Source: Vitrella brassicaformis CCMP3155 (Eukaryota > Protista > Chromerida). From it: a stretch of DNA of 6,862 nt. The translations under genes were made by a program, and so were the position numbers. Position 1 is the first letter of the stretch, and each line of letters starts with the position of its first letter. The stretch spans positions 1-6,862 of the forward strand of contig CDMY01000994.1 of the NCBI GenBank assembly GCA_001179505.1, in the 5' to 3' direction. Below are positions 1 to 6,862 of the stretch, one piece after another. Under the pieces are notes generated by a model that was not told the origin of the DNA, searched no databases, and was given only the letters and a program-made list of their open reading frames with translations.

Positions 1-20
1 GTCACAGCCTAGGCGAGTAC
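1..20 (+). repeat. Terminal direct repeat, left copy
   Basis: gtcacagcctaggcgagtac is identical to 6843-6862. Confidence 0.99.
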
Positions 21-660
21 GTGGCGGCGACCGTTGCTGGCGTCATGTCGCTGGAGGACGGGCTGCGTCTGGTCGCTGAACGGGCACGTATCATGCATGG
101 GAGCGACCCGAGAGACGGAGTCATGGCCGCCTGTCGGCTGAGCCCTGCAGAAGTGGAGAAGGCCATTGAGAGACTGCCACTTGGTGAGAGGAGTGTGTCC
201 GTTGCGGCAGTCAACGGCCCCAAGAGTGTCGTTCTGTCGGGTGCTCGAGTGCAAGTGGAGGAGCTTCTGAATAGCCTCGGTGCTGGCAGCCAATACAAGC
301 TGCTTCCCGTTTCTCACGCCTTCCACTCCCCACTGATGGCTGGCGCCGTCCCGCAGTTCAAGCAGGTCTTACAGACCGTTGCCCTTCATCAACCGAGGAT
401 CCCCCTCGTCTCCAACGTCACCGGACAGCTCGTCGCACAAGGCCACCAGGCGCAAGAGGAAGGCGCCAGCCGGACGGACGTGACGGATGTCGAGTATTGG
501 GCGCAACACATTACTCTGCCCGTCAGGTTCCTTGATGGCGTCCAAACAATCATCCACAAAGCCGGCGCGCGCGTCCTCATCGAAGTCGGGCCAAAGCCAA
601 TACTCGTCAACATGGCCAAGCAGATCGTTCGCGAGGACGCGCAAGGAGTGGACCTCCAGT
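3..660 (+). other. Acyltransferase domain, C-terminal half, malonyl-CoA type (end approximate)
   Basis: HSLGEY (3-20), downstream conserved Arg in VAERARIM, AAVNGP, VSHAFHS (HAFH 315-326), YW..H...PVRF, EVGP (582-593). Confidence 0.95.
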
Positions 661-3600
661 GGCTACCTGCTATCGACCCGGGCAGGACAAACGAGGATGT
701 CATCGCTCTGGCCGTCAAGCAGGCAGCGACCTGTGAGGCGGGTGCGCATCAGTGGAGTCGGCGCTCTTTTCCGTGGGCCGATATCCGCCATCCTCTACTT
801 CAGAACCGCACCGATGACGGAGACCACGTACGATACGAGGGCATTCTTCGTGACGAGGTTGCGACCCTTGTGCAGGACCACGTCGTTGTTGGGAATGCTA
901 TAATGCCTGGCGCTGGGTTCCTCGACATAATGGCCGCAGCAGCGGCGGCTGCGGACGAGGGGGCCTCTGTTTCTTCGTCCAAGTCGCAAGATTCGTCTAT
1001 GGTGCAAATGGAAGACGTCATCTTCGAACGCCCACTTAGGGTTTCCACGAGCGCTCCCCCTTCGGTTCGCATTCAGGTCGAGAGGACCGCAGCGAGCGGC
1101 TCAAGCCATCGGCTGGAGACTGTTGGGATCCTGTCAAGGAGCCAGGACGAGCAATCTTTCATGTCTGTCAGTACAGCCCGCGTGACCAGCATCAATTCTT
1201 CGCCCCCTGATGCCTCGGCCACTGGAGGGGACCTGGAAAGTGTCAAGAACCGATGCACACGCCACGTTGATCTGACCTCGTTCTACCGCCAGTTTAGCGA
1301 GTGGGGCTTCAGCGGCGGGCCCCGCTTCAGGACCATGGGTCATCTCATGCTAGGCGATTCGGAAGCTGTTGCTTACCTGCAACTGACGGCACCTATCCTG
1401 CCTTTCGAGAGAGGGTTCCGCGTCCATCCTGCCCTTCTCGATGGAGCGTTTCAAAGTGCATTCGTCGTGCTGGAAATAGTGGAAGCAGGTGCAGACAACG
1501 GTCAGCAGAAGACGACCCAAGCGAAGTCGACTTTTGTGCCTGCCGGGGCAGACAAGGTGTCTTTCGGGCGGTGCAGTGCGTCTGACAAGCTGTGCAGTCA
1601 CGTCCGGCTCGTCAGGCGGGACGACACGGGAGCGATCATCGACGTGGCGCTGTATGACAGCGGAGGTCAGGTGATTGTGGCGATCAAGCATCTCCATCTG
1701 CGGCCGATCCATGCTACATCCATCGCTGAGATCCCGAAGGAGCTCCTTTGGCAGCTGGATTGGCAGACTGGCAGCGACGGCTCGACAACGCTCGACAAGC
1801 TGACTGGCACCGGCGAGAGAGAGGCATCGTCCGTCCATCTGCGGTGCCTCTTGTGTGGCTTGGCGCCGAAGCTCAAGGCGAAATTGGAAGGCTGTGGAGC
1901 AGAGGAGCGGGCCGCTCTCGGCCTGAAGACGGGGTCAAAAATGCTGGCTTGCGATGAGCTACCCGCCGGTCGGGCACTGGAGCTGCTCTTGGCAGACGAG
2001 GTCGAGGGGGCGAAGGGCAAGGGTCCTCGGTATCTCTGGGATGTCATTCTGTACCTGGGCGGGCTGTCAGGGCGGCAGAACGCGAGTGAAGTCGACGTGC
2101 TCAACGAGGCTCTCTGTCTGGCACAAGCCATGCTAAGCCTGGGTCGAAGAGTGCACCAAAACGATCCCCCTCCAATCTGGCTCGTCACGTCTGGCGTCAT
2201 GCAGCCAGCATACGAGCAGGACAGATCACTTGGAGACCTCGACGTGATGGCGCATGCCGGTTTGTGGGGCTTTGCGAAGACCGCTCGGCTGGAGCTGGAG
2301 GCGAACATTGGCAGGAGGATCCAGCTTGGCTGCATCGACGTGGCTGTCGCCCCTCAAGTGAGCGCCTCGTTCCTTGCCTCGCTCCTGACCACAGTGCGAA
2401 CGGAGCGAGAGAAGCCGCTGAATGCTTATGAGAGTGAAATTGTAATGCGCTCCGCTGTCCAAGACCACGAAGGGAAGAGAGATCGACCGGTGAACCTTCT
2501 GTATTCACGCCTCAAGAAGTCGGCACTGCAGGTGCGGGGCGCCGTTGAGCTGTTTTTGCCTCGTCGCGGTGCTCTCAGCAACCTGAAGCTTCGTCCGCTG
2601 GCTGAAGCCTCTCGCATGGTCCCATCAGCTGGCTGTGTGGAGATTCGCGTCCGCGCGGTAGGACTGGATTTCCGTGACGTGCTGAACGTGATGGGTTTGT
2701 ATCCTGGGGACCCTGGTCCGCCTGGCGGCGATTGCTCGGGGACGGTCGTACGGGTTGGAGCTGGCGTGACGCATCTCGGAGTGGGCAATGACATCTACGG
2801 TGTCGCACCAGGGTGTCTGCGGACGTATGCGACCACAGACGCCCGCTGGATGGCCGTCATACCGGCTACCGTTTCGTTCGAGCAAGCCGCGGCCCTGCCA
2901 TCTGTGTTCGTCACCGTCGAGGTCGCTTTCAGGGAGCTTGCGCAAGTCAAGAGAGGGGAGAACGTGCTCGTTCACGTGGCGACCGGAGGGGTGGGCTTAG
3001 CGGCACTTCGATACTGCCAGCATGTGGGCGCCACCGTCTATGCGACGGCCGGCAGTCAGGCGGAGAAGGACTATTTGCGCGAGACGTGCGGCATTGAGTA
3101 TGTGACCACCTCGCGCGACGCTGAGCGGTTCAAAGAGGACATGCTGTCTTTCTTGGAGAGGGGGAAGACGAGGATCGATGTGGTCCTCAACTCGCTGATC
3201 GACGACTACATTCCCTTCTCGCTGGATCTCGTGGCAACCAACGGCCGTTTCATGGAGCTGGGCAAGCGCGGCACCTGGACTAAGGACAGGGTCGCACATA
3301 AGCGGCCCGATGTCATATATGAAGTCATTGCCGTGGACCATATGATGGAGGAGTCGCCCGAGTGGTTCGGCTCGATGCTAGATCGCATCCGACATCTCGT
3401 GGAGCAAGGCCAGATCCACAGCATACCCCTGCATGTGTTCGACATTGACAGCCCAGAGGCAGCCAGCAATGGCGTCGCTGGTTTCCAGTTCCTGCAGCGA
3501 GCGCAGCACATCGGCAAAGTCGTTCTTCAGATTCCGAGCGCAATCGCGGCACGTAGGACCAGCGGGGCCGAGGACATCAGCGGGGCACGTAGGACCGACG

Positions 3601-3959
3601 GTCGGCAGGGCAGCTACGTCATCACGGGCGGTGTCGGGGGACTGGGACTGGTTGTAGCTGAGTGGCTGGTCCACGAGGGGGCCAAAGACGTGGTGCTCGT
3701 GTCGCGGCGTGGCCAGCCGTCGAGGGAGCTTGCGGCGACGGCTCTGTGGCAGAGGCTGACGGACTTGACCGGCGATAACGGCGGAGAGTCAGTCATCCAC
3801 TGTGTGGCAGCTGACGTCTCAACATGGGCAGGCTGCGGCAGCGTGTTTGAACAAGTGGGCCGTCCAGTCGCGGGCATCTTCCACGCTGCCGGTGTACTCG
3901 AAGACGCGGCACTGGCCAAGCAAACCAGGCAGAGCATCGAACGAGTTTACAGGCCGAAG
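3..3959 (+). CDS. Exon A (1319 codons): AT C-half, DH, pseudoKR, ER, KR N-part
   Basis: Frame is open from position 3 (HSLGEY then the track ORF from 21, whose GTG is an internal Val). PKS similarity stops abruptly after ...YRPK at 3959. Confidence 0.95.
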
Positions 3960-6862
3960 GTAGGGAAAGCACACAGCCAGCCTCTCTCAACGTTTCCTGA
4001 TTCAAAGTGCTCTTTCTTGCTTGGCCTCAGGTAATGGGGGCGTGGCACCTTCACGAGCACTGCGCACGTGAAGGTCTTGCCCTCAGTCACCTGGTCTTCT
4101 TCTCGTCGGCCGCGTCCATGTTGGGCAACATCGGGCAGAGCAATTATGCCGCGGCCAATGCTTGCCTGGACGCGCTGACCTTGTACCGTCGTTCGCGTGG
4201 TCAGTGCGCTGTGAGCATCCAGTGGGGTCCGTGGCTGGAGCAAGGCATGGCCGCCCAGCTGAAGCAGCATTTCGACACAGTGGGCGTCCGAGGGATCTCC
4301 AACGAGCTGGGGCTCCGAGTTCTTGGCGACGTCATGAGAGCCGCCACGACAGGCAATTCCAGCCGTGCCGTCAGTGTTGTGGGCTGCCAGTCGCTTAAGT
4401 GGAAGACCTTCCTCCAAACCTACGAGGCGCACCCACCATCGTTCCTGCAGGACGTCATCCCCGCCGACAAGACCACGATAGAGAGCGGAGGGAACGGTCA
4501 GATCAATCATGCCCTCCTCAAGATGGATGCAAGCACGCTCAAGGATCACGTGCGCAAGAAAGTCCTAGAGAAGGCGCGACAGGTGCTCGGTGGGAATGAA
4601 GACAGCACTCCGCCGCTCGATGCACCGCTGCGGGAGTCCGGCATCGATTCACTTGGCGCGGTGGAGTTCAGAAACGGCCTCGCAGCGGAACTGGACGTCA
4701 AACTTTCAGCAACCACGCTCTTCGATTATCCGACGCTTAACGGTATCATTGGATTCATCGTGCAGCAGATCCAAATCAAGACTGGCCAGGAGCAACCGGG
4801 CCACCAGCCGAGCACAATGATGCCGGTCAGCGTGTCTGTCAAGGGGCGTGATGCGCTGACTACGAGGATCGGCGTGTACGGCGTATCGTGTCGGTTTCCG
4901 GGCCGCATCGACAGTCTGGCGTCGCTGTGGTCGTTCGTCATGGGCCAGCAGGACGCCGTGTGTGACACTCCCGCCGACCGATGGTATGTTGGCGACTTTG
5001 TGAGGTCCGCCAGCTCTCTAGACGAGAGCCAGCGGGCGGCGTGCCTCCAGGCCGGGTACATTGTGGATGGGGTGGAGTACTTTGACAACGCCTTCTTTGG
5101 CCTGTCGGCCGCCGAGGCCACGGCCATGGACCCTCAGCAGCGCATCATGCTCGAGGTCGCTCACGAGGCCTTCCTCGACGCCGGACACAGCCGCGAGCAG
5201 CTACTCGGCCAGACCGTCGGCGTCGTCATCGCCGGCAGCTCATATGACTGGCTCACCCTCGGGCGAGAGGGCACAACCAGCACGGCGACGGCCGACAACA
5301 AGAGCACGACCAAGACCAACAGCGACCTCAGCAGCAGCTACGCCGGAGTGGGGAGCGCTGTGTCGATTCTGTCGAACCGCATCTCGTATGTGTACGGTCT
5401 TCGGGGCAACAGCATGACGATCGACACGGCATGCTCGTCGTCGCTCGTGGCGCTGGACGCTGGGGCGTCCTGGATTCGCACTGGCCAGTGCGAGACGGTC
5501 CTGGTAGGCGGCGTGCAGCTGATGCTCTCGCCTCTGACCTTCGTCCACTGCTCGAAGGCCGGCATGATCTCGCCTGACTGCCGCAGTAAGACGTTCGACA
5601 CGAGTGCGAACGGCTATGTGCGCGGCGAGGGTGCGGGCGCCGTGGTCCTGGAGCGGCAGGGGGCCGGCGATGGCGGCGATGATGAGGCCATGAGTGTTTC
5701 TCCTTGGTTGGGCGAGGAGGGCAAGGACGGCCTCGCGAGGGGTTTGGAGGAGGATGTCTCGAGCCGCAGGGGAGGGACAAGGAGGAGGGAGCCTTTGGCT
5801 GTGGTGCTGTCGAGCTGTGTGAATCACGTCGGGCGGAGTGCGTCGCTGACGGCGCCATCTGGGAGTGCGCAGGCTGAGCTGCTCGGGCGCGCCCTGGAAA
5901 TCGCCGGTCTGCGGCCTCATGAGGTGTGCTTCTTGGAGACGCACGGCACGGGCACGTCTCTTGGCGATCCGATTGAGGTGGGGGCCATCCAGCGCGTCTA
6001 CGGAGGGCACGAGCACGACCCAGCGGCAATAGGGGAGAGCAGGCAGCGTCGCCCATTGGTGCTGGGTGCTGTCAAGACCAATCTCGGCCACCTCGAGGCA
6101 GCGGCAGGCATGGCGGGACTGCTCAAGACCATCGCTGTCCTGCAGCACCAGATCTGCCCCCCCAACCTCCACTTGCGCACTCTCAACCCCTTCATTGACG
6201 TCGGCGACGCCACTGAAGAACAGCACAAGCACGACAAACCAGAAGCACCATACGCCACACTCAACTGTGTCTTCCCCACGGAGCCCATCTCTCTCAAGCC
6301 CACACCAACACACACAACCATTGCAGCACCACGCGGCCAGGCGGCAGAGGACGACGACGGCCACACCGGCCATCATGACGACGGCCACAACGCCGCGCTG
6401 ATTGGCGCTGTCAGCTCGTTTGGCTTTGGTGGATCCAACGCACACGTGATCCTACAGTGCAAGCCGAACCAAGGCCGTCAAGCGATTGAAGGCGTCCACC
6501 GGGCAGACCAGGGGGCTTGTCACCACCGGGAGAGGAAGGTGGCTCTCATGTTCACCGGTCAGGGCAGCCAGTATGTCTATATGGGGCGGGAGCTGTACGA
6601 GAGCGACAGCGTGTTCCGGGAGGCCATCGACAAGTGCGCGGCGTTGCTCGATCCGCATCTGTCGTCGCAGCAAGAGGGCGTCTCACTGGTGGAGCTGCTT
6701 TACCCCTCCACTTCATCCGCGGAGGAACGAATGGCTCGGCTCATCGACGAGACGCGCTTCTGTCAGCCCGTCTTGTTTGCCGTTGAGTACGCCCTGTACA
6801 CGTCGCTGTCTGCCCGGGGCGTGGTTGCCGACGTGGTCATGGGTCACAGCCTAGGCGAGTAC
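3..6862 (+). CDS. Multimodular cis-AT type I polyketide/fatty acid synthase, partial at both ends; join(3..3959,4031..6862); AT(C)-DH-pseudoKR-ER-KR-ACP-KS-AT(N)
   Basis: I hand-translated 4031-6862 and found no stop; it joins the track ORF across a GT-AG intron and restores the KR motif RPK|VMGAWHLH. Hallmark motifs occur in canonical order: GHSLG, HAFH, HxxxGxxxxP, GGVG, TGGxGGLG, YAAAN, GIDSL, DTACSSS, HGTGT, GH, GQGSQ. Confidence 0.97.
789..1709 (+). other. Dehydratase domain (boundaries approximate)
   Basis: HPLL (789), HVVVGNAIMP matching HxxxGxxxxP (879-908), HPALLDGAFQ matching DxxxQ (Asp 1440-1442). Confidence 0.93.
1740..2520 (+). other. KR structural (pseudo-KR) subdomain / DH-ER interdomain region (boundaries approximate)
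   Basis: LWQLDW, IWLVTSG, AGLWGFAKTARLE, CIDV, ESEIVMR and YSRL resemble the usual pseudo-KR elements in the expected position. Confidence 0.8.
2535..3530 (+). other. Enoylreductase domain (boundaries approximate)
   Basis: GALSNL, VRAVGLDFRDVL, G.DCSGTVVRVG, LVHVATGGVGLAA NADPH motif (HVATGGVG 2973-2996), VVLNSL, GRFMELGK, QHIGKVVL (to about 3527). Confidence 0.94.
3548..3601 (+). repeat. Three imperfect tandem 18-nt units in the ER-KR linker
   Basis: ggcacgtaggaccagcgg / ggccgaggacatcagcgg / ggcacgtaggaccgacgg, encoding ARRTSG-AEDISG-ARRTDG. Confidence 0.75.
3612..4260 (+). other. Ketoreductase catalytic domain, B-type, split by the intron (end approximate)
   Basis: YVITGGVGGLG (GGVGGLG 3627-3647), HAAGVLED (LED 3897-3905, LDD-like), Lys 3957-3959, FFSSAAS, GQSNYAAAN (Tyr 4145-4147, Asn 4157-4159), SIQWGPW. 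Confidence 0.95.
3960..4030 (+). other. Spliceosomal intron, 71 nt, phase 0, GT-AG
   Basis: Donor AAG|GTAGGG, branch-like CTGAT (3997-4001), pyrimidine-rich tctttcttgcttggcct and acceptor CTCAG|. Removal restores PKVMGAWHLH; retention shifts the frame and gives TAA at 4032-4034. Confidence 0.93.
4031..6862 (+). CDS. Exon B (944 codons, open at the 3' end): KR C-part, ACP, KS, AT N-half
   Basis: Hand translation begins VMGAWHLHEHC and ends DVVMGHSLGEY with no stop. It is absent from the ORF track, probably because it runs off the window. Confidence 0.96.
4540..4765 (+). other. Acyl carrier protein domain (boundaries approximate)
   Basis: PLRESGIDSLGAVEFRNGL with phosphopantetheine Ser at 4649-4651, followed by LSATTLFDYPTL. 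Confidence 0.95.
4865..6457 (+). other. Ketosynthase domain with intact Cys-His-His triad
   Basis: IGVYGVSCRFPG, FDNAFFG, MDPQQR, DTACSSS (5423-5443; Cys 5432-5434), GYVRGEG, ETHGTGT (His 5942-5944), KTNLGHLE (His 6089-6091), SSFGFGGSNAHVIL. Confidence 0.97.
6536..6862 (+). other. Acyltransferase domain, N-terminal half, up to the active-site Ser
   Basis: KVALMFTGQGSQY..MGRELY, VFREAID.C, FCQPVLFAVEYAL, VVMGHSLGEY (GHSLG 6842-6856). Confidence 0.96.
6843..6862 (+). repeat. Terminal direct repeat, right copy
   Basis: gtcacagcctaggcgagtac is identical to 1-20 and encodes (G)HSLGEY in the same codon phase. Confidence 0.99.

Noticed and set aside
21-23. GTG as the start codon
   Set aside because: The frame is open upstream through HSLGEY, so this is an internal Val in the middle of the AT domain.
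1740-2520. Possible C-methyltransferase between DH and ER
   Set aside because: I see no SAM-binding (LEIGAGTG-like) motif, and the length and motifs fit a pseudo-KR subdomain.
3548-3601. CRISPR-like reading of the short repeats
   Set aside because: The units are contiguous, degenerate, in frame within coding sequence and lack spacers; no cas genes are present.
3963-4018. Possible hairpin or terminal inverted repeat in the intron (gggaaagcac with gtgctctttctt)
   Set aside because: About 10 bp with a bulge and G-U pairs, overlapping the pyrimidine tract, so it is too weak to call a MITE or introner.
3960-4034. C-terminus VGKAHSQPLSTFPDSKCSFLLGLR* of the 1337-aa ORF, suggesting a truncated gene or frameshifted pseudogene
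   Set aside because: It is translated intron. GT-AG ends, a branch-like site and exact restoration of the KR motif explain it.
5710-5790. G-quadruplex or regulatory role for the GGA-rich tract
   Set aside because: Mostly GG doublets with irregular spacing, adequately explained by Gly/Glu/Arg codons.
5240-6445. 401-aa minus-strand ORF, and the other antisense or alternative-frame ORFs in the track
   Set aside because: It is codon-in-register antisense to the KS and stays open only because the sense frame avoids TTA, CTA and TCA. It has no recognisable motifs. The remaining short ORFs are similar shadows of a GC-rich CDS.
1-6862. Self-replicating circular element (plasmid, virus, viroid-like or Obelisk-like RNA)
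   Set aside because: All sequence is PKS exon or intron, with no rep, integrase, capsid or origin-like noncoding region. The retained intron suggests genomic DNA.
1-6862. PKZILLA-type trans-AT giant PKS or NRPS hybrid
   Set aside because: An intact AT is embedded in the module (cis-AT), and no condensation or adenylation motifs are visible in this window.

Overview
The whole window is an internal fragment of one + strand, eukaryotic, multimodular cis-AT type I PKS/FAS gene. It reads AT(C-half)-DH-pseudoKR-ER-KR-ACP-KS-AT(N-half). The 1337-aa ORF in the track is only exon 1 plus read-through of a 71-nt GT-AG intron (3960-4030) inside the KR domain. After splicing, a 944-codon frame missing from the ORF track (4031-6862) continues without a stop to the window end. 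Catalytic motifs look intact and indicate a malonyl-extending, fully reducing module. The first and last 20 nt are identical and encode the AT active site (GHSLGEY), so the window spans exactly one module period (6842 nt; 2257 codons spliced). It could be the segment between two consecutive AT domains, a collapsed tandem module array or, least likely, a real circle. Other oddities are an apparently missing KS-AT linker domain, low-complexity insertions in KS and GC3 mosaicism between domains. An alveolate (apicomplexan/chromerid-like) source is my inference and is not shown by the sequence.
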